Shown here: positions 8,570-18,829 of the stretch, one piece after another
Numbering within the stretch: the first letter of the stretch is position 1
Layout: each line of letters opens with the position of its first letter
IMG/VR virus record: IMGVR_UViG_3300028558_000791
Span: 124,001 to 188,000 of that record
DNA length: 64,000 bases
Direction: 5' to 3' (one strand)
The notes under the pieces: model-generated
Seen by the model: only the letters and a program-made list of their open reading frames with translations
What the model was told of the DNA's origin: nothing
Databases searched by the model: none
Translations under genes and position numbers: made by a program

Positions 8570-10660
8570 ATGAAACTGTCCGATGTCAAGCCACACTTCG
8601 AGTCTTCTGGTGAAATGCAAGAGCATTTCTTCTCCATTCAAGACAAGGGTATGTTGTTCGAAATCTTGCGCAGCAAGATGTACTCGAATCCGATCCTAGC
8701 TATCTGTCGTGAGATTACCAGCAATGCCCGCGATGCTCATCGTGAAGTTGGTATTGCTGACAGGCCGATTGAGATTCGCCTGCCAGTTGGTTTGGAACCT
8801 CACTTCAAGATCAAGGACTTCGGCCCTGGCATTAGTCCAGACCGAATGGTCAATATCTTCATCTCCTATACGGCTTCTACCAAACGTGAAGACAACATTC
8901 AAACTGGTGGATTCGGTCTGGGAGCTAAGACGCCATTCTCTTACAGCGATACATTCCAGGTCACGACTGTTCATGATGGCACCAAGTACAGCTATACTTG
9001 TCTGATTGACGACACCAAGGTCGGCAAGCTTGTCCTGTTGGATAAGAGGCCGAGTACTGAACCTAACAGTACAGAAATCTCTATCCCAGTGAAGCCGGTT
9101 GACTTCAATACGTTCCGCCTGTATGTGGAACAAGCTTGTCGTCACTGGGATGTCAAGCCCATTGTGACTGGTGGTCACATTGATTGGCAGAAGATCAACA
9201 AGATTGCCGAAGGTCCAGGCTGGGCCATTGCCGCAACTCATGACTACAACCGTAACGTCAAGCTGATCATCGATGGTATTGAATACCCGCTGGCTCTTGA
9301 GGATTTGCGCAAGTATGCCGATGGTAAGCTGATTGATGCGTCCAGAGGCGACCTCATCATGTACTTCGGTGTTGGTGAGTTGAGCTTGTCAGCTACTCGT
9401 GAGAACATCTTCTTGGACAAGCCGACTCAGGCGAAGATCAAAGGACGTCTCGATCAAATTATGAAAGAGATTAGGCAGACTGTCTCTGATAAGATTGATG
9501 CCTTCCCCAATTTGTGGGACGCTAACGTCTACTATCGTAAAGAGCTAACCTCTGTCTTCAATAACTTGAACTTCTTGGGCAAGTTGTTCTGGAAGACTCA
9601 CGAACTGACCAATGGTTATCTTGAGGTTAAGTGTGGTATGTTCGAGTTCTCCAAGGGACATTACTCTCGCAAGGGGAATGATCCTGACAAGTTGAAGCGC
9701 TCGGGTCATGCTGTTGGTCCTCGCTCTTTCCACTTTGAAGAAGGTGTTGAGTTGTATCTCAATGACCTTCCAATCAAGGAGCCGACCCCTCGCCATGTCA
9801 AGAAGGCATTTGAGGATAACCCGGCACTCAAACACATCATTGTCATTTGTCCTAATGATAAATGCACTGAAGCTGATTTGAATACTCAAATTCACCTTGA
9901 TGAGATGAAGCCTAAGCGACTTTCATCTATTACCAAGGCATCTTCTCGTTCATACACTCCGGCCGCATCCCGACTTTTAGTTTTTAAGTTTGATGCCCAG
10001 GCTAGCGCTTTCCGCCAGGTGAGTTATGATAACATGGAGGAAGACACGAACGACAAGGTTCTGTGCACGCTTTCGCGTGACCAATACTCGGGTCGTTTGG
10101 CTACGTTAGCTAATAAACAAACTTTGAGCCTGGCCGCTTTCAAGTCCCTAATGGAAAGAAATCCAAAAGTTTCTTTCTATGGAGTTGACAAGGATACAGA
10201 CCCCAAGCGCGTTGAAGAAGAGTTCAATGATTTCGATAAGTTGGATGACTACATTGAGAAAAAGGTTTTCAATAACAAGTCAATCAATTATGTCGAGATA
10301 AAGTTCGCGCAAGCACATACTTATCATATAGATGAACGAATGCTCAAGCACCTCGAAAAGCTGGAGCCACTCGTCACTGACAAACAAAGTCCGTTCCTCG
10401 TTAGACTTGAACTTCACAAAGTAATTAAGAAACTTAGTGGAAATGACCGAAGCTTGTTAGATATCTATGAGTCAGTTAAAGGCGAGATCAAAGAGCCCGT
10501 CCTGAAACAGTTCGTCAAAGATAATCCTAATTGGAACATCGAAGAGATTAACCGAGCCTACGAAAAGAAGTACCCACTACTTACTGCAATCAACATGTAC
10601 AACGTTCAGCAAGTCGTAGAACATGTAGCTCATTATGTAAACATGGTCGATAAGATTTAA
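8570..10660 (+). CDS. rIIA: rIIA-like protein (N-terminal GHKL/Hsp90-like ATPase)
   Basis: MYSNPILAICREITSNARDAH, DFGPG, STK, GGFGLGAKTPFSY; followed by rIIB. Confidence 0.9.
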   Translation: MKLSDVKPHFESSGEMQEHFFSIQDKGMLFEILRSKMYSNPILAICREITSNARDAHREVGIADRPIEIRLPVGLEPHFKIKDFGPGISPDRMVNIFISYTASTKREDNIQTGGFGLGAKTPFSYSDTFQVTTVHDGTKYSYTCLIDDTKVGKLVLLDKRPSTEPNSTEISIPVKPVDFNTFRLYVEQACRHWDVKPIVTGGHIDWQKINKIAEGPGWAIAATHDYNRNVKLIIDGIEYPLALEDLRKYADGKLIDASRGDLIMYFGVGELSLSATRENIFLDKPTQAKIKGRLDQIMKEIRQTVSDKIDAFPNLWDANVYYRKELTSVFNNLNFLGKLFWKTHELTNGYLEVKCGMFEFSKGHYSRKGNDPDKLKRSGHAVGPRSFHFEEGVELYLNDLPIKEPTPRHVKKAFEDNPALKHIIVICPNDKCTEADLNTQIHLDEMKPKRLSSITKASSRSYTPAASRLLVFKFDAQASAFRQVSYDNMEEDTNDKVLCTLSRDQYSGRLATLANKQTLSLAAFKSLMERNPKVSFYGVDKDTDPKRVEEEFNDFDKLDDYIEKKVFNNKSINYVEIKFAQAHTYHIDERMLKHLEKLEPLVTDKQSPFLVRLELHKVIKKLSGNDRSLLDIYESVKGEIKEPVLKQFVKDNPNWNIEEINRAYEKKYPLLTAINMYNVQQVVEHVAHYVNMVDKI

Positions 10661-10667
10661 CAGGAGA

Positions 10668-11627
10668 ATGAAAATGTCAAAGAGAGTTAACTGGACAATT
10701 ACCGAGAACAATGTCTCGGTAAACTATGATGGCGAAACACACATCGTCCCTCGCAGTGATGCGTTGGCCGATCGTTTGATCAAAGCAGTCAAAGAGAACA
10801 AGTTGCAAGAAATCCCTGCACTTGTTTCGGCTGCAAAGCGAATCGAGATTTTCTCGAAGGGTAACTTCGTGGTTCAGGATGGACGGGTAATGATTAATGG
10901 ACTTGCGGCACCTGAAGTGCTTAGCAACAAGATCATCCGATTCTCCAACGAAGGTTTGCCTTTCCAGCCTTTGCTCAAGTTCGCTGAGAACTTGCAGAAG
11001 AACCCTTCCTTCCGAGCGGTCAATGAACTCTTTACCTTCTTGGAGAAGAATGACCACCCTCTGACGGAGACTGGTAACTTCATTGCTTACAAGCGTGTCC
11101 GTGGAACTTTCCGAGACATTCACTCCAACACCATGGACAACTCGGTTGGTAACCTGGTAGAGATTCCTCGTAACCAAGTTGATGAGGACTCTAACCGTAC
11201 GTGTAGCCATGGTTTGCACGTTGCCAACTGGACCTATGCTCACACGCAGTTCGCCAGTTCCGATGCTAGCTCCGATGTCATGTTGGAAGTAGAGGTCAAT
11301 CCGGCCGATGTTGTTGCTATTCCTGTGGACTATAACAACGCCAAGATGCGTGTCTGTAAGTATAAGGTTTTGGGTGTGGTTACTACTCCGTTCGACCCAA
11401 GCCTTGCTCTTCGAGTAGTCGATCCGGATTATACTGGTTCGGCAGCTTCTGAGTTGGACGAAGAAGATGAAGAGAATGATACCTGCGAATACTGTGGCGA
11501 AGAGGTATATGATGGTGGCCGCCTCTGTAGCGAATGCGAATACGATGAGGAAGAAGAAGAGGATGACGAAGATGACGAGGTTGTCAGCGAGCGTTATCCT
11601 TACGAGGATGAACTTGAGGGTGAATGA
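10668..11627 (+). CDS. rIIB: rIIB-like protein with acidic Zn-finger tail
   Basis: GNFIAYKRV, RNQVD..CSHGLHV, VNPADVVAIPVDYNNAKMRVCKY. Confidence 0.9.
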   Translation: MKMSKRVNWTITENNVSVNYDGETHIVPRSDALADRLIKAVKENKLQEIPALVSAAKRIEIFSKGNFVVQDGRVMINGLAAPEVLSNKIIRFSNEGLPFQPLLKFAENLQKNPSFRAVNELFTFLEKNDHPLTETGNFIAYKRVRGTFRDIHSNTMDNSVGNLVEIPRNQVDEDSNRTCSHGLHVANWTYAHTQFASSDASSDVMLEVEVNPADVVAIPVDYNNAKMRVCKYKVLGVVTTPFDPSLALRVVDPDYTGSAASELDEEDEENDTCEYCGEEVYDGGRLCSECEYDEEEEEDDEDDEVVSERYPYEDELEGE

Positions 11628-11857
11628 GAATAACTGTTGTCCATGATGGGATAACATATCATTGTTCATTTTCGTCAGATGGATTGATTGGGATTCAATA
11701 TGTTAAGAATAGTGCCTCTGGGCTTCCATTTCTGAATACTACTGATATCTCTATTTTTGCAATAAAGCAATCATTACCGGTCTGGGTTAATGAGCGACTA
11801 CCAGTATCAGTTAAAGAACAGGTAGAAAGAGTTATTAAATTGTGGGCGTTTCGTTAA
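11624..11857 (+). CDS. hypothetical protein
   Basis: ATGA coupling; ends IKLWAFR. Confidence 0.6.
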   Translation: MRITVVHDGITYHCSFSSDGLIGIQYVKNSASGLPFLNTTDISIFAIKQSLPVWVNERLPVSVKEQVERVIKLWAFR

Positions 11858-11922
11858 CCCAACGCTACCTTCATCTCCGTATGTGAGATATAGTTTTCTT
11901 GATAAGATTTTACGGAGATATT

Positions 11923-13041
11923 ATGAATATTGCAATTCTCGGATCGATGTGGGGAGATGAGGGTAAGGGACATATTACTCATCATCTCTCCCGTGATTAC
12001 GATTGGGTAATTCGTTTCAATGGTGGCGCTAATGCTGGCCACACTATCTACCGTGATGGAGTGAAGTTTGTTCATAACCTTCTTCCATCGGTAGACTTCA
12101 GACACGCCAATACCAAAGCTTACCTGGGCTCTGGTATGGTGATTGATATGGAAAAGCTTCGCGATGAAGTTGTTGAAGCCAACAAAACATATCCTGGAGT
12201 TGGTAAACGAATCTATGTTGATAAGGATGCTTTTATCGTTGAGCAAAAGCACAAAGATGAAGATAAAGCAGCCAATGCCCATATCGGCTCAACCAATAGA
12301 GGAATCGGCCCAGCCTACAAGGACAAGATTGGTCGCTCTGGTAAAAGAGTTGGCGACTTGTTCTCTGGAGGCGAACCGGCTGTTTTACTTGAACTAATGA
12401 AGTTGGGTGTCAACTTCACTACTGTTCTAGAGATTGAAGACGCATTCAGGGCTAGCAACCTTCTCTTTGAAGGAGCGCAGGGTGTTCTGTTGGATATCAA
12501 TCATGGCATCTATCCCTATGTCAGTTGTAGCGATGCAACTGTTGGAGGCATCATTGCTTCCGGCTTTGCTTTTGCAAAGCTTGATAGGGTGTATGGTGTG
12601 GCTAAGTGCTATACCACTAAGGTAGGGGAAGGTCCTTTTCCTACTGAGCTTCAAGGCGAAGCGGCTGATGACTTGAGGAAGCTAGGGAATGAGTTTGGCG
12701 CTACCACTGGCCGTCCTCGACGTGTTGGTTGGTTAGACCTTGCTGCGCTTACCTATGCTTGTAAGAAGGGCGGTATTACTCACCTCATTCTAACCAAGTT
12801 CGACATCCTCAATGGAATGCCGAAGGTTCCGGTTGCGGTGATGTATAAGAAAACTCCTACGAGCCCATCTGACTTCTTTGATGCTATTCCTCTAACTACC
12901 GAAGTGGCAGGATGGGATGACGCTAAGGACTATTCTCAATTGAAGGATTTCATTTCTTTGGTAGAGAAATTTACTAAGCGACCAGTTGGACTTATCTCAT
13001 GTGGCACAGACGATAGAGATATCACTAACTGGGCTGCGTGA
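11923..13041 (+). CDS. purA: adenylosuccinate synthetase
   Basis: WGDEGKG, GGANAGHT, GIGPAY, EGAQG, GATTGRPRRVGWLD; GGAG SD before ATG 11923. Confidence 0.97.
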   Translation: MNIAILGSMWGDEGKGHITHHLSRDYDWVIRFNGGANAGHTIYRDGVKFVHNLLPSVDFRHANTKAYLGSGMVIDMEKLRDEVVEANKTYPGVGKRIYVDKDAFIVEQKHKDEDKAANAHIGSTNRGIGPAYKDKIGRSGKRVGDLFSGGEPAVLLELMKLGVNFTTVLEIEDAFRASNLLFEGAQGVLLDINHGIYPYVSCSDATVGGIIASGFAFAKLDRVYGVAKCYTTKVGEGPFPTELQGEAADDLRKLGNEFGATTGRPRRVGWLDLAALTYACKKGGITHLILTKFDILNGMPKVPVAVMYKKTPTSPSDFFDAIPLTTEVAGWDDAKDYSQLKDFISLVEKFTKRPVGLISCGTDDRDITNWAA

Positions 13042-13053
13042 TATAGACGCTGC

Positions 13054-14100
13054 ATGTTCACCTTGAGTCACATGTTTGATTTAGATAAAGTTGACCCAGA
13101 ATTCAGAATCTTAACTGATAAACTATTCTTCACTGATAGAACAGACCTAGACCTTTCTAAGTTCAAAGATTTGTTTGAAAGCAGCGAGTTCAATTACAGA
13201 TATTTGTGGGACCGTTTTTCTCGTGGAATAGAAATCTTTTGGGACGAAAACTTCTGGGTAAACCGATTAGATATACTTCTATCTCTAGAATCTAAAAGGC
13301 TTGAGACAGAAATTAGCGCATTACTTCTAAATAGATTTAGAAGACTCATTGATACTCGTCATAACCCAGACCCAAAACTATATACTGAGTTCTCGCAATT
13401 CATTGCTTGGACAAAAACAAAAGCTTCACGTAAAGAAGATATTCAAACCTTTCGAGAATACTTTGTCAGCCTAGTTCATTCTATGCAAGTAGATAGACTA
13501 ACACATACTGTTAGTCATTTCATTCCACATCTCTTTCAAGATTTGAATGAGTATCTTACCTTATTAGGTAAGAGAGTTAGTGAATCCGCTAGGAGCTTTG
13601 AAGTTTTACGACAACTGGAGAGCCAAGGCGTTCCAATTGACAAAGGGCCAATCTTCAAATTATCTAGCAATCTTTTATTGAAAAGGGCACTCAATCGTCC
13701 CAACAGACGTTCATTCTTTGGCCTCTTGGATGACCCATCTGTTATGGCTCACCTCAAATCAGAGTATAAGCCGGAGAATCGTAGTCGCTTAGTTGACCTT
13801 ATCAAAATGTGTGACTTCAAAGAAATTGAGGAGCGCCATCTGCGTAACGTCAAAAACCTGTTAGAGTTAGACGCTTCTGTTACAGAAGAGTTACTTGTTT
13901 CATATGCTGATAGTCTCTATGCCCGCGGAACTGGGTATAAAGGAGCTAATGCTAAGCGATTGGTGCGACTTTGCAAAATGTTCCCAGCTTTCTCTCCTAA
14001 AAAAGTTTTAGTCTACCTTTCTACTCATAGTAGAATGTCTGATATCAAACATCTGATATCAGCCTTCCCGGATCTAAAAACTTTGATCCCTTTCGTGTAA
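13054..14100 (+). CDS. hypothetical helical protein
   Basis: 348 aa; GATATA-N8-ATG; ends LKTLIPFV. Confidence 0.75.
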   Translation: MFTLSHMFDLDKVDPEFRILTDKLFFTDRTDLDLSKFKDLFESSEFNYRYLWDRFSRGIEIFWDENFWVNRLDILLSLESKRLETEISALLLNRFRRLIDTRHNPDPKLYTEFSQFIAWTKTKASRKEDIQTFREYFVSLVHSMQVDRLTHTVSHFIPHLFQDLNEYLTLLGKRVSESARSFEVLRQLESQGVPIDKGPIFKLSSNLLLKRALNRPNRRSFFGLLDDPSVMAHLKSEYKPENRSRLVDLIKMCDFKEIEERHLRNVKNLLELDASVTEELLVSYADSLYARGTGYKGANAKRLVRLCKMFPAFSPKKVLVYLSTHSRMSDIKHLISAFPDLKTLIPFV

Positions 14101-14108
14101 GAGGTCCT

Positions 14109-14300
14109 ATGTTATGGAATCATTTAGATTATAGCCTTCAAGTAAAAGTTATAGACAGAATCGTCGATCTTCTTAAGAACGAAGAAGATGATACTATGCA
14201 AGACGGAATTATTGCGGCAGTTCATGAGCTAGAGGTCTGGAGTAATACTCCATGTCAGATAATAGAAGATGATCCGTACTCTGAGAAAGGGTGGGAATAA
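14109..14300 (+). CDS. hypothetical protein
   Basis: GAGG SD; 63 aa. Confidence 0.6.
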   Translation: MLWNHLDYSLQVKVIDRIVDLLKNEEDDTMQDGIIAAVHELEVWSNTPCQIIEDDPYSEKGWE

Positions 14301-14623
14301 TGATTTCAGTTACTGAAAATGCAGTGCTAAAAGTTAAAGAACTCGCTGATAGTGAGGGTATTGGACACTATACTATTCGCGCAAGAGTTATTGGTGGCGG
14401 TTGCGCCGGCTTTACCTACGATCTTTACTTTGAAGATAAGGTGAGTGATGTGGATGATACTTTTGAATTTGGCGATGTAAAACTAATCATTGATCCACTT
14501 TCTTTGCAGTATCTAGAAGAAACCACTATTGATTGGGTCGAGAGTCCATTCGGTGCTGGGTTCAAATTCCTCAACCCGGCCGTGACAGGTTCATGTGGTT
14601 GTGGTAGTTCAGTGAGTTTCTAA
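14300..14623 (+). CDS. A-type Fe-S cluster carrier (IscA/ErpA/HesB family)
   Basis: GGGCAGF.Y, F.NP...SCGCGSS. Confidence 0.93.
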   Translation: MISVTENAVLKVKELADSEGIGHYTIRARVIGGGCAGFTYDLYFEDKVSDVDDTFEFGDVKLIIDPLSLQYLEETTIDWVESPFGAGFKFLNPAVTGSCGCGSSVSF

Positions 14624-14934
14624 TGAATTGGTCATTAGCCGAAGCAATGGCTTTTGCTAAATCATTGCATGAGTTTCTGTTTCCATTAGGTTATGGTATC
14701 GCCTTAACTGGAAGTGTTCTGACCAAAGGTTTTAGCGAAAAAGATTTGGACTTAGTTGTCTATCCTTTGAAAAAGATATCATCCAGCTACAATAACTTGT
14801 TAGAGAATCTCCCGAAGTTCGGACTTACATTCGTCCGCCTTCCCAATAAGAATTTGGGATATCAAGACGATGGTAAAAACGTTCAGGTCTGGGAGTATGA
14901 GGGCAAGCGCGTAGACTTATTCTTTTTGAGTTAA
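14623..14934 (+). CDS. minimal Pol-beta-family nucleotidyltransferase
   Basis: LTGSV...KDLDLVV...RVDLF. Confidence 0.7.
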   Translation: MNWSLAEAMAFAKSLHEFLFPLGYGIALTGSVLTKGFSEKDLDLVVYPLKKISSSYNNLLENLPKFGLTFVRLPNKNLGYQDDGKNVQVWEYEGKRVDLFFLS

Positions 14935-14935
14935 T

Positions 14936-15157
14936 ATGTCTGAACTAGAACTTTTGAAACAAATTCATATCCTACAGACAGAAGAAATTCTTCTGTTAAA
15001 GAAAAGCCTGTTATCGCACGAAGAACAAGTACAGCACCTAAATGAATTACTTGTAATTCAAAACAAGATAATTGAATTGCAAAAACAAATGATAAAAGAT
15101 TTAACGCCTCAGGCTAAAGTGTCCCATCTTAGATTGGTAAAGAGAGAAAATGAGTAA
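14936..15157 (+). CDS. small coiled-coil protein
   Basis: heptad-rich 73-aa ORF. Confidence 0.55.
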   Translation: MSELELLKQIHILQTEEILLLKKSLLSHEEQVQHLNELLVIQNKIIELQKQMIKDLTPQAKVSHLRLVKRENE

Positions 15158-16307
15158 GCATCCTGTATTAGATTTGATTATACAAAAGAGTCCGCACCTA
15201 AGCTGGATGCAGGATAATACTGTCCTCTTGGTTCGCCACGGCTCTCACGCCTATGGTACCAACGTTGCCACCTCTGACGAGGACTTCAAAGGAGTTGCTA
15301 TCCCGACCAAGAAGTATTTCTTGGGAACCATGCATCGCTTTGAACAAGCTGAGTTGAAAGCCCCTGACCCGGATGCTGTTATCTATGATATCCGAAAGTT
15401 CTTCAACTTAGCTGCTGACTGTAACCCTAATATCATTGAAGTGTTGCACACCGATCCTTCTGACCATTTCTTGGTTACTCCGATTGGTCAGCAAATCTTG
15501 GACCACAAGGATGACTTCTTGTCCAAGAAGATCAAGTTCACCTTCATGGGTTACTCGGTTGCCCAACTCAAGAGAATCAAGACTCACAAGCGCTGGATCA
15601 TGAACCCACCTAAAACTCCTCCTACTAGGAAGGAGATGGGGTTGCCAGAGCAGACCTTGATTCCTCAAGATCAGTTGATGGCAGCCAACGCTGAAGTTCA
15701 GAAGGAGCTTGATAGGTTCCAGTTCGACTTCATGGAAGGTTTGGAAGAGTCTCAGAAGATTAGTATTCGAGGCACGGTCAACGAAATGTTGGCTGAGCTA
15801 AAGATTACATCTGACCAGCACTGGATGGCCGCGGCCCGTAAGATTGGTTTGGATGACAACTTCATTCATCTCATGCAGCTTGAGCGTGAATACGCAGGAG
15901 CTAAGCGAGAGTGGGATCAATACCAGAACTGGAAGAAGACTCGCAACCCAGCACGCTCTGCCCTTGAAGAGAAGTACGGCTATGATACGAAGCACGCTTA
16001 TCACTTGGTAAGATTGATTCGTATGTGTCGTGAGATTCTCATCACTGGTAAAGTGTTGGTGAAGCGACCAGACCGAGAGGAACTGTTGAGCATTCGTAAC
16101 GGTGCCTGGACTTATGATCAGTTGATTGAATTCGCTGACCGTGAGGAAAAGGAACTCAACGAATTGTATCTCACCAGTACGGCCCTTCCCAAGATGCCTG
16201 ACAAGGACAAGTTGGACCAGCTTTGTATTAGGTTGGTAGAAGAGGCCTTGGATTCAGAATTGAGGAGACGTTATCGTATGTATAAACACTTAGGTATTAG
16301 ACAGTAA
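15150..16307 (+). CDS. Pol-beta-superfamily nucleotidyltransferase (YcgL/RlaP-like)
   Basis: GSHAYG...SDEDFKG, NPNIIE, YDTKHAYHLVRL. Confidence 0.85.
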   Translation: MSKHPVLDLIIQKSPHLSWMQDNTVLLVRHGSHAYGTNVATSDEDFKGVAIPTKKYFLGTMHRFEQAELKAPDPDAVIYDIRKFFNLAADCNPNIIEVLHTDPSDHFLVTPIGQQILDHKDDFLSKKIKFTFMGYSVAQLKRIKTHKRWIMNPPKTPPTRKEMGLPEQTLIPQDQLMAANAEVQKELDRFQFDFMEGLEESQKISIRGTVNEMLAELKITSDQHWMAAARKIGLDDNFIHLMQLEREYAGAKREWDQYQNWKKTRNPARSALEEKYGYDTKHAYHLVRLIRMCREILITGKVLVKRPDREELLSIRNGAWTYDQLIEFADREEKELNELYLTSTALPKMPDKDKLDQLCIRLVEEALDSELRRRYRMYKHLGIRQ

Positions 16308-16702
16308 TGTTTTTAGCATATGCCGCGCTGTTATCGTCTCTACTAGAATTCGCTATGAGCGTATTTGTGGTAGTAATTGTTTACCAAATCTTTTTATCAG
16401 ATTGGGTAGCGACTAAACGTGCACAGTGGAAAATTGATAAGAGCAAAAGCGGGAGCATCGATAAGATTGCTCAGGTTAAGTTAGTATCAGATGATGCGAA
16501 AGGTATTGAGGAATTTGTAACCACCAACGCCTCATACCTTTCGGATCAGATGGTCAAGAAATTGGTGGCACGCATTGAATCCCTGAAGGTTGACCAAGTG
16601 ATTGCCGGAGATGAACTACTAAAAACCAGGATTGCCGAGTTGCAACCTGAGGAAGAGGAAACAGATGCCGAGACCCTTAGATCCCAACGTTCTAGTAATT
16701 GA
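16307..16702 (+). CDS. membrane-anchored hypothetical protein
   Basis: N-terminal hydrophobic helix. Confidence 0.65.
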   Translation: MFLAYAALLSSLLEFAMSVFVVVIVYQIFLSDWVATKRAQWKIDKSKSGSIDKIAQVKLVSDDAKGIEEFVTTNASYLSDQMVKKLVARIESLKVDQVIAGDELLKTRIAELQPEEEETDAETLRSQRSSN

Positions 16703-17249
16703 TGTAGAGAGTACCTGCTGGGAACCACCCGAAGTGCAACCCAAGGACCAAATTTCAGAAATCATTGAGATTGGCATTGCTGTAGTCAACATCACCACAT
16801 TGAGCGTTAGTGCTAACGCCAGTATTCTAATCAAACCCCAAAGGTCTAAGCTTAGCAAGTTTTGTACCAAGCTGACCACTCTGACCCAAGAGATGGTAGA
16901 TACAGGCGTCACCTTCAAGCAGGCTATGGATATCCTGAGGGATAAGTACAAGTCAGAGGATCGTACCTTCGTAAGCTGGGGCGACTATGACCGTAAGATG
17001 TTTGAAAGAAACTGTAGAGACTATGGCGTCAAGTATCCCTTTGGACCTCGCCATATGAATCTTAAAAATTCTTTCACTATGCTCCATGGCTTGGACCGCG
17101 AGCCAGGTTTAGACACCGCCTTGGAACATATCGGATTGAAACTGAAAGGAACTCATCATCGAGGTATTGATGATGCAGCTAACATAGCGAATATATTCAC
17201 TTATACCTTAGAGGCTCATAGGTTAGGCCACAAGAACTTTAGCCAATAA
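16665..17249 (+). CDS. DEDDh 3'-5' exonuclease (ERI-1/KapD-like)
   Basis: IDVESTC, EIIEIG, SWGDYD, HHRGIDDA; GAGG SD before ATG 16665. Confidence 0.9.
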   Translation: MPRPLDPNVLVIDVESTCWEPPEVQPKDQISEIIEIGIAVVNITTLSVSANASILIKPQRSKLSKFCTKLTTLTQEMVDTGVTFKQAMDILRDKYKSEDRTFVSWGDYDRKMFERNCRDYGVKYPFGPRHMNLKNSFTMLHGLDREPGLDTALEHIGLKLKGTHHRGIDDAANIANIFTYTLEAHRLGHKNFSQ

Positions 17250-17269
17250 TCTGGCATACTAGGGACGAT

Positions 17270-17617
17270 ATGGAAGACGAGAAGACCTTACAAGTTTCTA
17301 TTTCACTAGTAGCCGCGAACCAACTTAAGTTACAGCTTGTTGTACGCGGTACACCTGAGTCGTACTTACGACTAGGTATTAAGGGTGGAGGGTGTTCTGG
17401 TTTCTCGTATGTCCTTAAATACGAAGATGATCCGCCTAGAGATCGAGATGTGGTGTTCGAAGAGCATGGCGTCAAGATAGTGGTTGATAAGAAGAGTTTA
17501 ATCTATCTTAATGGCGCCACGCTGGATTGGGAGAAGACACTTATGAAGCAAGGCTTCAAGTTCATCAATCCCAATGAAAAGTCCTCATGTGGGTGCGGCC
17601 ATTCTTTTACAGTCTAA
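17270..17617 (+). CDS. iscA: A-type Fe-S cluster carrier (IscA family), second copy
   Basis: GGGCSGFSY, DKKSLIYL.G, NPNEKSSCGCGHSF. Confidence 0.93.
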   Translation: MEDEKTLQVSISLVAANQLKLQLVVRGTPESYLRLGIKGGGCSGFSYVLKYEDDPPRDRDVVFEEHGVKIVVDKKSLIYLNGATLDWEKTLMKQGFKFINPNEKSSCGCGHSFTV

Positions 17618-17630
17618 CAAAGGAATTAAT

Positions 17631-17855
17631 ATGATTCACGGAATCTATCTAAAGAGTAAGCCTAAGAACAAATGGCACCTGGTCTCTCAAACTGTCTCCG
17701 CTGAAATGGCCAATATGGAAGTCGAAGCTTTCAAAAAGCAAGCCATTGAAGATGGAAATGAACAAGCTGAGGTGGCTATTCAAATCTTTGATTCCGCCTT
17801 CTTCATTCCAGAATTCCTTATCGAACTAAAAGAACGGAAAGTCCAGTATAACTAA
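17631..17855 (+). CDS. hypothetical protein
   Basis: AAGGA SD before ATG 17631. Confidence 0.65.
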   Translation: MIHGIYLKSKPKNKWHLVSQTVSAEMANMEVEAFKKQAIEDGNEQAEVAIQIFDSAFFIPEFLIELKERKVQYN

Positions 17856-17857
17856 TC

Positions 17858-18787
17858 ATGTTCAAGCAATCAAAATTCGAGACTCTTCTCCGAGAGTTGG
17901 AAGGCCCCACTGCGTCTAAAAAACAATTAGACAAGTTGCGCGACTATCTAAAGAATGATAATGTCTTCCACCCATTGTTCGAAAGCTACCTCTCTAAAAG
18001 GTTGAGAGATAACATTCATCCGGAGCGTTTGTTGAATATGGCTTATCACTTAGAGAAGAGTGATGAGACTAGCTATCTAAGTAGAACTCTCAACCGGCAG
18101 GTGGTATCGCACATGCTACTCAAAGATGAGTGTTTCGATCAGTTTTACTTCATGAGCCGACATGATATACGTACTGATAGACACGTTCTTAATAGTCTAG
18201 TCGAGAACTTCTTTGAATATGGTAGTGATTCGTTTGATGCCCTAGATAAGATTGCTCCTTACATCAATACTGATAAGTATGAGATAATACTAAAAATCAT
18301 GGATTCCAATGAGTCGCGAAACTATCGCACTCTTAGGTTGATAGAGAAATTACCAACGGAAGAGTATCGTCTATTATTGATTCGTGCTTTGGAAACTCAT
18401 AGCCTTCAGTTTATTAAAATCATGGAGTGGCCAAATGCTGCGACTACTAAGCATATTTCAGAATTACTTATTCAAAATGGTGATGATGATAAGTTTGCTG
18501 TTGCGTTAAGGAATACTCTAATTCTACCTTCTCAATTGGAAACTGCCTATAGCCTTAGTACTTTGATAGAGGATCACATTCAACATATCCCTGTTACTGC
18601 TGCCCGTCTATACTATCGGGCCGAACAAGAAGAGCGGTGGGAATACCTATTGATATTGGGGGCTAATAAGAATAAGAAAGAGTTATTACGTAGTATTGTT
18701 AAATCTAAAGATCAAGAAATGATTGATAAGTTTTTTGCGATCTACAAGAATTCTCCAGAGGTAAAGCACCTGGTTCCTTTTATGTGA
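17858..18787 (+). CDS. hypothetical helical protein
   Basis: 309 aa; ends VKHLVPFM. Confidence 0.75.
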   Translation: MFKQSKFETLLRELEGPTASKKQLDKLRDYLKNDNVFHPLFESYLSKRLRDNIHPERLLNMAYHLEKSDETSYLSRTLNRQVVSHMLLKDECFDQFYFMSRHDIRTDRHVLNSLVENFFEYGSDSFDALDKIAPYINTDKYEIILKIMDSNESRNYRTLRLIEKLPTEEYRLLLIRALETHSLQFIKIMEWPNAATTKHISELLIQNGDDDKFAVALRNTLILPSQLETAYSLSTLIEDHIQHIPVTAARLYYRAEQEERWEYLLILGANKNKKELLRSIVKSKDQEMIDKFFAIYKNSPEVKHLVPFM

Positions 18788-18829
18788 GATAACATGGTTA
18801 TATAGTCATGTGATATCTTAAGGGAATAC

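Noticed and set aside
10677-11669. 330-aa minus-strand ORF
   Set aside because: Antisense shadow of rIIB with no motifs. The same applies to 24007-24666, 62322-63041, 21258-21809, 8696-9241 and similar ORFs.
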